A stretch of 64,000 nt of DNA from Podospora anserina (Eukaryota): positions 1,240,001 to 1,304,000 of the forward strand of contig CM030337.1 of assembly GCA_017654855.1 (NCBI GenBank). Reading direction: 5' to 3'. This document shows positions 50,505 to 62,080 of this stretch, one piece after another. Made by a program: the position numbers and the translations under genes. Every line of letters starts with the position of its first letter. Positions within the stretch are counted from its first letter, which is position 1. The notes beneath the pieces were generated by a model. The model searched no databases, was not told the DNA's origin, and saw nothing but the letters and a program-made list of their open reading frames with translations.

Positions 50505-53262
50505 ATGATGAACCGGCAAGGTACGATGGCCCATTCTTTGCCCTTGCTTTTGCCGTCTTGATTCCTCGTCTCGCCCGGTACCCCGCTGTTTGTCCATCTC
50601 GAATGCCACACATCTGCCGCCGTCAAAGAAAACACCTGCCGAGTCACCGCCCAGTCGTCTGGCCCTCGTGGCACCTCCGAGTTATGGGATGGAACGAGGG
50701 GTAATACTGGCCTCCGCACCTACATCGAACCGAAGCAGACATACATAGACTTGGCGGCGGGGAGGGAGCCGGTGGGGGAGGGGGTTGTTGTGAGCGAGGC
50801 TCAACATGCCCTCACCTTCATCAAGTCAAAATGGCGGAGGAGAACTGCACTGTTGAGCCCTATGCTGCTGGGCGGTTCAGCCGGCTGTGCTCCTCCAATC
50901 GCTCCCGAATCGAAGACGACGTCCGAATGTCTCAGGAGGCGGTCGTGACCTCCCATACTTCCCGCCAGGGTGTACCCATCAGCCGAGCTCGCGATAGTTT
51001 GGTTCCAACAGGGAAACAGATTTGCTGACTGATGTCGTCAATAATAGGACCATTACGACAAGTGCCCTACGGGCAACAGCCGCCTCAGCAACAGCCGGGG
51101 CGCCCAGGGCAGGCGAGGGGGCTACCTAAAGCGCAGCAAGGTGAGAATGCACTGGGAGGAGGATAGTTCTGGCAGAACGACGTTGACATGCATGACTGCG
51201 TAGCGGCGATGAACAATTCCAATTGGGCGTTTGGCAATGGCGGCAGTCTATCGATGGGGGGGAATGCGAACCTCAATATGGGAATGCGGCCGCAAGCAAG
51301 TGGAAATCTCAGTTTTGCCCAGAGCTTGATAGGCTCGCAGCAGCAGTCGGCGACGTTAGACCCATCGTAAGTTGGACTTCCGGATTTTGTTTTGTTTTGT
51401 TTTGGTTGGCGGAGGGGTGAGCGATGCTGCTGCCGGGCTGCATTGTTCGCGCTGTTTTTCATCCCATTGTTGCGACCTTCTGGTTTTCTGCGACTTTCTG
51501 GGCCATTCACCTTGCGCTCATTGCTTCTGGCCTGCAACTGCGACTTTGCGGCCGCTCTCGTTTTGGTCTGGCATTTCGCCTCCGATCTTTCACCTCAACA
51601 CCCTCAACCCACCCCCTTACCCTGTCCACGCGCAACACCACTCGACTCTCGTTTTCCCGCTGCGTAGTTCGCTATGGCGCGACCGGTCGGGTCAAAGATG
51701 AGAATCGCTGCAATGCGCAAGGCAGTCAGTGCCAAAGAACAACCGCAAAAGCAACCAGAAGGAGTGCCGTACGCTTTGGTTGTAAAGGGGTACTGTCTCA
51801 CAGCCTGGCGCACATACCTTGCCTCTCTGTCGCAGATTGCGACTCTCTTGGTCTCATTATTGAATCGACAGCGTACTAACGGGGGCCGTATCTAGGGAGT
51901 TTCCATCTCTGTCCAACACGGCGCCAAATCAATCAAACCCTGCATCTATGTGGGCGCAACAACCATCCCGCAATATCGGTGGAGGAGCTCACCGGGGCCC
52001 CCAGACGCCCTTATCAGCGCATCCGGGCCAACAAGATGATCTATTCACATCCTCTCGACTAGCCTCGACTGCGCAATCGTCTTTTCGTTTTGGCAACCAG
52101 GGAGCCGTGAACCAAGCGCCCCAGGGAGGACAGGCTGACGAGTTCCCACCATTGAACCGATCAACGAACGGCGAAATAGGAGGGCAAGATCGGGGTCCAG
52201 GTCTGATGTCGAATATGGGGTTCGGCCAAGGGGGCGCCCCTTCTACTAGGGGTGTGTCACACGCGAACCTAGCTGGGAACGGTCTTCTCAACGCCCTGTC
52301 GGCTACTTCCCGGACAGGAGAGGTTATTTCGCCAACGTCGATACAAAGGTCCCAAGGGCCTCGAAGTCCAGTGGACGATGAAGAACCGCGCCAAAAGCCA
52401 CCCGGGTTTCGCGAGGGCAGCGTGGCATCACATACTTCAGGAAATGATGCGGTCGGCAGAAATCCGTTAGGCGCTATTGGTAACGACGCTCCTTCGGGCA
52501 AGGCGAGAGAGGAGGACCGAGGGCAGCTCCCGGATGTTGTTGATCCTCTTGAAGGGATGTCTCCTATTGACAGGTGGGGGATCAAGGGGCATCAGACTTT
52601 GATGAACAATTTCCCCGACTACAACATCATCGGCCATGGGATCGAGCCATCGGTTCTGGGGTTGGATTTGCGTTCCAGCGAGTAGGTTGCTGTCTGACAC
52701 ACGTTAGGAGACCGGGACAATTGCTAACTCTGTTCAAGCCTGATTTCCACGCAGATTTACTCGCTGTTCAACGCCATGCCTCCAAGGCCGGCGGTTCAGA
52801 ATTTCAAGTTGCCCGACTGCTACGAGGTCAAAAACGTACAGCCCATGGACGTGAAAATTAGTAGCTTCAACGAGGAGACCTTGATGTGGATCTTTTACAG
52901 CTGTCCGCGGGACTACAAACAGCAGTTGGCGGCGATGGAGCTGTGAGTGTCTGCTGCCCCATATTCTCATGAGCGTGATAACTGAGACGAATACAGCATG
53001 AGCCGCAATTGGCGATGGCACAAGCGTCTGCAACTCTGGTTGACCAAGGACGAACAGCTGGTACCTCAAACCTTAAGCGTTAATACTGAGCGAGGCTACT
53101 ACATTGTGTGGGACAAGGACTTATGGCGCAAAGAGCGGGTATGAAACTTTTATCTACAAAGTATATTGACACGGCTTTGCTGACCTGATGCCGCAGAGGG
53201 AACTTACTCTGCACTATGCTGACCTCGACACGACGTCCGCGTCACCTGCTGTAGTATCTTGA
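50505..53262 (+). CDS. NOT2: CCR4-NOT complex subunit Not2/Cdc36
   Basis: Assembled MMNRQ|GPLRQ..|..LDPS|EFPSL.. with a NOT2_3_5 domain (DRWGIKG, LPDCY, FNEETLMWIFYSCPRD, RNWRWHK, ERGYYIVWD). Six introns, two of about 530 nt (50521-51047 and 51367-51895). The first exon is the least certain. Confidence 0.9.
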
Positions 53263-54062
53263 TAGTATGCCAGCCGGCAAAGGGAAGCATCGCAGGCTTA
53301 AATCATAGTGTATTCATTAGGTAGTTTCGGCTCTAGCGAGGGGATGTGGTTTAGCGAACGGGCTTGATTTCACCCCCTTTCTCATGGGCTTCAAAAAGCA
53401 ACGGTGGGCGTGGGGGCAACGGCCACGGGAAGGTTTTAGTTGGTGAGCATCCTCTATTCGGGGCGTCACAAGCGAATAGATGTTGTGTGTGTGTATGTGT
53501 GAGCGAGCATATCTAAGTTTGTTCCCTGTGTAACGTGTCCATTTTTGATAGATTGACGCCACTTGCCGGAGTTAACGTGAGGGAGTGAGTGCGAGCTGCT
53601 TGGACCGAGCGTCATGTGGTTTCTTGGCACGGATGATGCAAGTGATTCGAGGCCGCGACGGCGAGCGAACGTGTCCGGCATCAAGCCATTTGAACATCCA
53701 CGACGCACCCGACGGCCGAGACCAACCAACCACCTGTTTCGTTGATCCACTCCCCATCGTCAACCTTGGGCCTTGAACCTCATCGTTCTATCCAACATTT
53801 TTTTACTCTTCATCTTGCGCTTGACAGCACTGCCGACCGGGACTGCCGATTCGCAAACGGATTTACCTTGCGCACATCTGTCTGTTCGCTACCTGACCAG
53901 CCAGCCAGCCACCTACGACCGAGGACAGGATTGCCCGGGTGAAGAACTCCGACTCCGATTACGCGCACGCGCACGCGGCATATTCCACCGTTTTTTACCC
54001 TACCTCGCCCTCGCGCATTTCCATACCAATAACGACAACAACAACCACCACCGGGGGTTCCG

Positions 54063-54090
54063 CGAGAGAGAGAGAAAGAGAGAGAGAGAG
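54063..54090. repeat. (GA)n microsatellite just upstream of the CUE gene
   Basis: Directly visible GA run. Confidence 0.8.
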
Positions 54091-54110
54091 ATAGGGAAGG
54101 GAAGTTCAAA

Positions 54111-54804
54111 ATGGCAGACGCAACCGAGCAGCAAGTCAACGTCCCGGGGCTGTTGTTCATTCTGGTCCTGTCTGGGATCTTGATCAAGTACTTGTTTTCT
54201 TCGGGGTCAGGGAACGGGAACGGGAATGGGGATAGGAGGAGGGCGACGGGACAGCAGGACCCGGCGGCGATGGCGAGGCAGAGGGAGGCGGCGGTGCAGA
54301 GGGTTATGCAGATGTTTCCGCATTTGAGCAGGAGGGAGGTGTTGTGGGATTTGCAGAGGACGGGGGGAAATGTGGCGTTGACTGCGGAGAGGATTTTGGG
54401 GGGACGGCTGGAGAGTGTGAGTTTACTCTTTTTGTGAAGGAGGGGGTTTGGAATGATTGCTAATGTTATCTGTGAGACAGCCCCCCGCTACGTTCCAGCC
54501 GCCGCCACCACCCGAGGGGAGCGCTGGTCCGGCTGCTTCTGGGAACGCGCATGTTAATAGCGCTGTCAAGCCGCCTGTGCCTGCGCACCCGGATCTAATT
54601 ACGAGGTATAACCTGGCGGAGAAGTTGAAGGGGTCCGAACCTGAGGAGGACAACACCAAGGCGAGTGGGAAAGGGAAGGCGTGGAGTTCGAACAAGGATG
54701 AGAGGCAGAGTTTGTTGCAGAAGAGGAGGGATCAGATGATTCTGGAGGCGAGGAGGAAGATGGAGGCTAAGATTGCTGCAGAAAAGGCTGCGAAGGGGTT
54801 GTAG
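54111..54804 (+). CDS. CUE-domain ER membrane protein (Cue1/Cue4/AMFR-like, Ubc7-binding)
   Basis: N-terminal TM helix; CUE domain (VMQMFPHLSRREVLWDLQRTGG..TAERIL); G2BR-like end (DLITRYNL..ERQSLLQKRRDQMILEARRKM). Intron 54417-54480. Confidence 0.88.
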
Positions 54805-55602
54805 GAATCTGTGGTGTACACTGGCTTGTTTCTCTTTGCATAGCATTATGTGCATTGCATTCGGGGTTTGTGTTTGGGGCCCCTACATAGAATGGTATAT
54901 TTATTCTTCATCAGCGCGAAGGCTAGCAGGAAGGTTGCGTTGATTTTTGGTTAAATACAATTGCGGTCACGGTGGGCTAGACATAAACAACGCAGATCCA
55001 GGAACGTGTGTGAAGGGATTAGGTATGTAGTCAATTCTTTGAGGCATGAGACTTTGGGCGAGATGGTTGCTTCTCTCTCTGTTTATCAAAGAGCAGGTGG
55101 GTCTGGAACAGGAGATGGACCCACGTGCCGGAGCGATTAGATAGTAGCAACACACGGCCACATTCACATGCTTTCTGCGAGCTTGCATCGACCGCCGCTG
55201 GCACCTTCGAGACCCGACACCAAACAGCCCCCCCTTTTTGTGAGGCAAAATGCGGCTTTTGGACGATTTAGCCTCGCCCGAATCACAACCCAGGTGGTTG
55301 CCGAGTCACCCTCTCATACAGGGCTGAGATCGTATGAAAAGGAAGGGTTTCACATGCGACACCTCCCGTACTTGGATTCCTTCCCTCAAGAATTCTTGAA
55401 GTCTCGTTGTTTTTCTCGCTTGTTTTATTTTCTTGCTCTCTTCTTTTATCCTTCTCTTGACAAAGGAATCGATAGGCGTCCGACTAAAGAAGTCAGATTC
55501 TCGGGACTCGTTCGCTTTCAACGGCCACCAGTGCGGATCTCTTCGAGGACGCCCCTGGTTTATCCCTTTCTAGCCTGGGACGCCTCCGAACGAACGGACA
55601 AG

Positions 55603-56936
55603 ATGTGGACCACTTTCAGCAGCCGTGACGAGCCCGCCACGCCGCTGCCGCTGCCGGCGCGGCCCCCTACTTCCTCGTCGTCGTCTTGTTCTCCTGCTCA
55701 TCCCTACCCGCCGCTTTCTCCCAACTGTGAACATCCTCAGCCAATGTATCGTGTTTACCCCCACGATAATAACCGCCACCACCAGCAGCACCATGTCGAG
55801 AGCGAGTACTGCCACGCCAGGCGAGGCGGCTCGCCTACTTCTGCGTCAACAACTGCCGCTCCTTGGGATAACCCAATGGTTGATCTGCCCTACGTTGATT
55901 ACGCCCAGGTGGAGATTCAGTCACAGTCTATCAAGGTGATTCGGTCTCCGTTGTCACTGGTGAAGTCGGTCGCGTCGAGGTTGCCGACTAGCCCTTATAT
56001 GCTCGCCAGAGCGGTGTCTACCTACGCTACCAGGTCGAGGAGCTCTTCCCCGCCGGCTTCGACTGAGCCGCCTGTTGCTCCGCCGTTGCCGAACCGGCCG
56101 AGGATAGAGGAGGGGTATTCTCCGGGGGTTTCGAGACAGGGGCAGACACGGAGTATGGAGGCTAGGGCTAGGGAGAGTGAGAGCGGGGTGAATTGGGATT
56201 ATGGGTCGCAGGGTGAGTCAATTCTTGTATTGGGAGAGGAGAGAGTGGATTGCTGACGTGGCGGATAGGCATTGGAATGCTCTCTCTCGCCAGGCAAGGA
56301 GGCAATGCGCCTGATTTGGAGAGGATGAATTACATTAACAGTTTGGCCTATCTGATGAGAGGGTTGCCGGCAGATCTCACACCTGCGGAGGCTTCGACTA
56401 TACGGCAGAGCACACCCGCCTCGGTGGTAGGCCCGCAACCAAACGACTATTCTGGCCCACACCATGACAGGCCGATGCCACCTTTACAGAGGAGTATCGT
56501 CCACCACATTGCTTTCATCGTGCTGAACTGGCTGTATGCCTTCTGGCAAGTGTTTGCACCATTCCTGGGACAGGGAATCTCTGGCCTGCTCCAGTTCGAG
56601 AGGGACAATCAGCTTATCAACAAAATGGCGATGAGCACGTTCAAGGGCGCGAAGAATGCGTATGTCTGGTTTTCTGCGGCTTACGTGGGCCAGCTCATAG
56701 CGGCGTTCATGGCGTGGGTTTTCCAGGGCGTTCACGGGGCTTTGACTGAGTTCCGGGCGCAGTCTGATGCTATGAGGGCACAGGGAGGTGGTTTTTCGAA
56801 CCAGCAGCAACCGTCGATGTCGTCGGAGGAATGGGAAAGACGAAGGATGTATGAACAGCAGCGGGCGCAACATCAAGGATGGCCATCACAAAATTATTCG
56901 ATGGACTGTGCACAGTTTGCGAGGCAGGGGCTCTGA
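55603..56936 (+). CDS. Hypothetical fungal protein
   Basis: Two ORFs join through intron 56213-56268 (ESGVNWDYGSQ|GIGMLSLA..ERMNYINSLAYLMRGLPADLT). No function recognised; start uncertain. Confidence 0.7.
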
Positions 56937-57482
56937 TGTGACTTGATGGGATTTGGTAGAGTTGGGGGGGGGGCGTGTGGGATGGAGGGGCAGGAAGACG
57001 GGATGGTGTGGAAAAGGTACATATACAGATACATGGGCGGGGTTTTAGACAGGAGTTCGCGGAAAGGGGGGGTATTCTATGGTTATGCTATTTTCATGTT
57101 GATAAATAAACAACAAGATTGAACATCTACTCGTGGCTCAAAGAAAACATCTGAAGTCTTCCACAACCACCTCATGTCGGAGCCGTTCGGAGAGTGGGGT
57201 GGGGGCCCGGGACTGCAGGGTCGCGGGTGGGTTCGGGCGATAAGATAAGCCAATTGGAGCTGACATGGGGGACACCAGGAAATTTTTCTAAACCGCCCGA
57301 TTCTCTTTTGCTGATCCTGCTCCCCCATTCTTCCACTGTCGCAATCACCCGCTCTCTGTTATACCCCTCATTGCCTGCCTCCAGCCCGTGTCGACACTTC
57401 GCCGCGAGTTCATACCCGAGTAGAGGCTCGACACCCAGACGCCTTGCCGACGGACGCGCTGAGCGTTACCTTCCGTCTTGTC

Positions 57483-59548
57483 ATGATGAAGACCAGCATC
57501 TTGCGGCACGCCGCCGCCTGCCGTGTCGCCTTGACTGCGCGCCCCCTCCAGCTCACAGCCAGACTCTCGCCGTCGGCCTTTGCTATCGCACAAACACCCC
57601 TCAAGGCGTCGTATCGCCCCGTCAACAGCCTCCTCCGCTTCTACTCGAGCGAGTCGGCCGCTCAGCAGGAAACCGCCACCCCCGCCGGGCGCATCACCAA
57701 GTTCAGAGATCTCGAGAGCTTGGGCGTACACAATGCTCTGGTCAGGTCTATCACCGAGGGGATGAGGTATGAGGACATGACAGAGGTGCAGTCTCTGACT
57801 ATCAACGCTGCTCTTGCTGGAAAAGATCTGTACGTTAGGCCTGTTGCTGAAGAATTACCCCTCCCTGAAAGATTGCTAACAAGTCTGCCTCGAAATATAG
57901 TGTTGCGCAAGCCAAGACAGGTACCGGCAAGACGCTGGCTTTCCTTGTACCGATCCTTCAGAAGATTATTGCCGATCAGCCAGCCCTAGCTGAGGCTCGC
58001 CGCCCTGTGAAGGCCAGATCCGACGACGTTCGTGCCATCGTCATCTCCCCCACCCGTGAGCTTGCTGAGCAGATTGCGGTGGAGGCTGCCAAGATCGTCA
58101 AGGGCACCGGCATCAAGGTCCAGACTGCTGTCGGAGGAACCCAGAAGAGAATGTCGCTGCAAAAGATTCGTTACGAGGGTTGCCATTTGCTCGTCGGCAC
58201 TCCTGGCCGTCTCGCTGATCTGCTCACTGACGAGTACAGCGGCGTGGCTGCTCCCAACCTCACTGCTCTGTGCTTGGATGAAGCGGATCGCATGCTGGAT
58301 GTTGGATTCGACGCCGAGCTCGACACCATTCTCAAGGCGCTCCCCAACAGAAAGGATACCCCCCGCCAGACTCTTCTCTATTCCGCCACCATGCCCAAAG
58401 ACGTGGTTGGCCTCGCCAGAAAGTACATTGACCCCACCAACTTCGAGTTCGCCCAGACCGTCAAGTCCAACGAGACCCCTACCCACGAGAGAGTGCCCCA
58501 GTTCATCGTTCCTTGCCGCAGCTTCGACACCATGCCTGCTACTCTTTTCGAAATGATCCGCACCTGGGTTGCCAAGAACCGTGACGAGCTCGAGGGCAAC
58601 CCTCTGAAGATGATGGTGTTCTTGCCCACCACGGCTTCCGTCATCTCGTGGAGCGCTGCTTTCCGCCGCCTCCGTCGTGAATTCCCCGATATTCCCGAGG
58701 TTCGCGATATTCACTCCAAGTTGACCCAGCCCATCCGCACCAGGTGCGCCGAGGATTTCAGACGGGCCAAGTCTGCCATTCTCTTCTCCTCTGATGTTAC
58801 CGCCAGAGGCATGGATTTCCCCAATGTCACCCATGTCGTCCAGGTCCACACTCCCAACGACCGTGATTCATACATTCACCGCATCGGTCGTACGGGCCGT
58901 GCTGGCAAGGAGGGTGAGGCTTGGCTCCTGGTTTCTGATTCCGAGGTCAGCACTGCCCGCAGCAGATTGCCCGGTCTTCCCATCAAGCGGTCCACCGACT
59001 TTGCCGTTGCCTCGACTGATCTCTACGGTGCCGAGCCCGAGTCGTTCCCCGATTCTGTCAAGAGGGTTCGCGAAGCGTTTTCCAAGCTTCCCTATGAGAC
59101 CATCTCAGAGTATTACAAGTCTTTCTTGGGCGGCGCTCTCCAAGGTGTGCACAAGCAGGCTGTTGTTGACGAGTTGAACACCTTCAGCAAGAACATCTTT
59201 GGCTTGGATCAGCCCCCTGGAGTTTCGCCATCGCTGATGAGGAACATGGGCCGGATTACCGGCCTTAGAGTCGCCGAGAGGGAGGAGAACAGGTTCCAAC
59301 GCAGCGGGACGGGCGGTGGCTTCGGTGGCCGTGGTGGTGGCCGTGATGGTGGCTTCGGTGGCCGTGGTGGTGGTGGTGGTCGTGATGGTGGCTTTGGTGG
59401 ACGTGGTGGTGGCTTTGGTGGACGTGGCAGCGGTGGGAGAGGCGGTGACAGGGGGGAGAGGAAGCCGAGGGATAACTGGGAGGCTATGGAGATGGCTGGA
59501 CAGAGGGATAAGCAGCAGTCCAGAGGTGGTGGCCGTGCCACTTTCTAA
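57483..59548 (+). CDS. MSS116: Mitochondrial DEAD-box RNA helicase/chaperone, Mss116/CYT-19-like
   Basis: Presequence; Q motif (MTEVQ), AQAKTGTGKT, SPTRELA, DEAD, SAT, ARGMDFP, HRIGRTGRAG; GGFGGRGG tail. Intron 57830-57900. Confidence 0.9.
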
Positions 59549-60433
59549 ATGGTGAGCCATCATTACGGATGGGCGGTTTGGGATGACGCCAAAGCAGGAG
59601 GCGTGGTTTTTTGTTCAAATCACATTCCCAGGGGCGGCTAATCATTTTGTGTGGAGTTGGGAGGGGTTCTTCCTGTGTGAATGAGAATGGGTTAGGGGGA
59701 AGATGGGTACGAAACAAAAACAGGGGGACCTGGAACGAAGGGTGCCCCCTCATTGGATTTGACATCACAGCATTGTCCCGGAGTTTATTTTTTGCTTTTT
59801 TTCGGGTCAAAAGAATTCAAGAGAGGAGAGGGCATTTTCTCTTCTTTTGTTGTCACTTCGATTCTCAGTCATGAGGCATGGATGGGAAAATAGGAGAGAC
59901 AATGGCTGGCAATTTATTTCGGGTACAAGGCAGGCAGGCGGGCGGGGTGGCAAAGCGGCGCATATCACATCACAGGGGAATCTCTCTTCTCTACTTGTTT
60001 TCTTTTGCTCATCTTTGGCTTTTGACATCTTGGGGATCTTAAGTCTTTTGGGGTTCCTGGTTTCGTGTAAATTATGGAGAACGGTGTATGTCTTGTTTAT
60101 ACCAAAAATTGTACGATTACGAGGTTGAATCTTGCCTGTTTTGTTGTCCATGATGTGTGGATGAAATTCTGTCCCGAGTTTTGATGTTGTATGACGCCCA
60201 TCTTGACCGAGAATCTTGGGAATATGCGGTTTGCTCTATTCGTTCTTGAAAACGTCCTGTCTATTTGGTTTTCTCCAATCCTGTATGATGTTCTGCCTTG
60301 TGATCTTCTCATCCTCTCGCTTAATTCATGTCCAATTCCTCCAATGCTTGGGGGGGTATCATATCCTGCTTTTTGTTTTTTTGTTTTCCCTTTCATTTCC
60401 TTCCTTCAACACCTCTCCCTCTTCCCTTTCACA

Positions 60434-61574
60434 TCACCTCCTCAAAAGCGTATGCGCATCCCAAACCAAAACCCTCTCATCCCACCCAACACTAGCCACC
60501 CAACCCCCCGTCCCAAAAAGACACCAGTCCACCCCCGTGCAAAACTCGGTGTGCCTATTCATCAACCCCAACTCCTGCCCCACCCTAATGACGTTCTCCT
60601 CCTGCGGAAACGGCATCGCGCTCCCATCACTCCAAACCCTCACCGTCATGTCGTACCCTGCGCTGGCAAGCACATCCCGCGCATGCGGCGACCACTGGAG
60701 CTTCCTAACGGCAAACTCATGACCCAGCAACACCGCCGTCGGGCCGCCGGTCGGGTTGCGAATGTCAAACGTCCGGATGGTGCGGTCCACCCCGCCGGTG
60801 GCGATGACAGTGTCCGAGTATTTGTTCCAATCGTGCGTGAGGGCTTCGTTCGGGATGGCACCCGCGTAGGTGGTGCCGTTGGAGAGGCGGGGGAGGATGG
60901 TGGACTGGGGTATGGAAGGGGGGGAGTGGATCGGAATCTGGGCGACGAGGTGGTATTTTGCGTTGACAGGAGTGCGGAGGTCGAACAGGCGGAGGTGGGA
61001 ATCGGAACTGACGCAGGAGATGAGGGAGGGGTTGTGGGGGCTGAAGGAGGCCGAGTAGGTGCAGTTGCCTACGGGGAGGGTTTTGAGGCTTGCTGGGCGG
61101 GTTGGGGACCACTAGTGGTGAGACAAAGGTTAGTGGTTGATGGGATTGAAGGGGGAAAGGGAAGGGGGAACGAACGATTTTGACGGTACCATCCCATGAT
61201 GAGGAGAGGAAGGTGTCTTTTGTGAGGGGGTTCCAACAGACGGAAAAGGTCTCTCGCTTGTGCTCGTGGAAGTTCATGACGGGAAATTCGGGCACGTTGA
61301 GGTCGAAGAGCTTGATGGAGCCATCGCCGCATGCTACCGCGCATTGGTTTTCGTTGATTTCTGACCAGGCGAGGTCGTACTGGGCGTCGTTTGTGTCGTA
61401 GGTTTTTTCGATGGCGATGCCCTGGGGGCCGAGACCCAAGATGAAGAGGCGGCCGTTGCCGACGATGCCGTAGTTGGAGGAGGAGGCGACGGCGAGGCGG
61501 GAGTCGTAGTAGGGGGAGTATTTGACCGAGTAAGGGTTGAAGCCCGGGGTTCGGGCTTCGAGGAGGGAGGCCAT
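60434..61574 (-). CDS. PEX7: Peroxisomal PTS2 receptor (WD40)
   Basis: VKYSPYYDSRLAVASSSNYGIVGNGRL, DLAWSEINENQ, LTHDWNKY and HTEFCTGVDW. Intron 61112-61175; I checked that the frame is continuous. Confidence 0.96.
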
Positions 61575-62080
61575 TGTGAGGGGTTGGGGCACAAGAGGGG
61601 CAATGCGCAGCAAGAGAGGCAAGCAAAGATTGGGCAAGATTAGGGGTGAAAAAGGGGTACGTGTATGAGCAAAGCGCAATGTTTACTTCCAATTTCCAAT
61701 TGTGTCGTTTGCGACAAGTTCAATGTCTCGGTGAGGTTGGAGGAGGTGGGCTGCCATGTGCTGCTAAGCCGTCCGTGAAATGGTGGGGCAGATGGGCCTC
61801 GGCTTACGGTAGCTACCCCGGAACCGACTCCCCGGGGGATTCTTTAACAGCCGCACTGATCCCTGGTTTCCCGCTGTAAGCGGTCCCGTGACAGCGCTCC
61901 CCCTGGGCGTTTGGTGCCCCACCGGTGACACGTCCATGTTTAATCTACGCGTTACAACACCTCTTGGTTCAACGACATCATTTTGGGTTTTGGAGGACAT
62001 GCGCTTGGATATCCCGGTGGTCCTCTGATTTATTCAAAAGTTTGCAGGCTTGGGAGACCAAGGAGCTCTCGACTGAAGCC

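Noticed and set aside
55168-55602. 145-codon upstream extension of the hypothetical gene
   Set aside because: Reads like promoter or UTR sequence with T-rich tracts; ATG 55603 is the more plausible start.
59314-59430. GGTGGC-rich tandem repeats
   Set aside because: They encode the ordinary RGG tail of the DEAD-box helicase; not a CRISPR array or a separate element.
60765-61111. Apparent frameshift in PEX7 suggested by the ORF track
   Set aside because: Intron 61112-61175 explains it; exon 2 is continuous to the stop at 60434.
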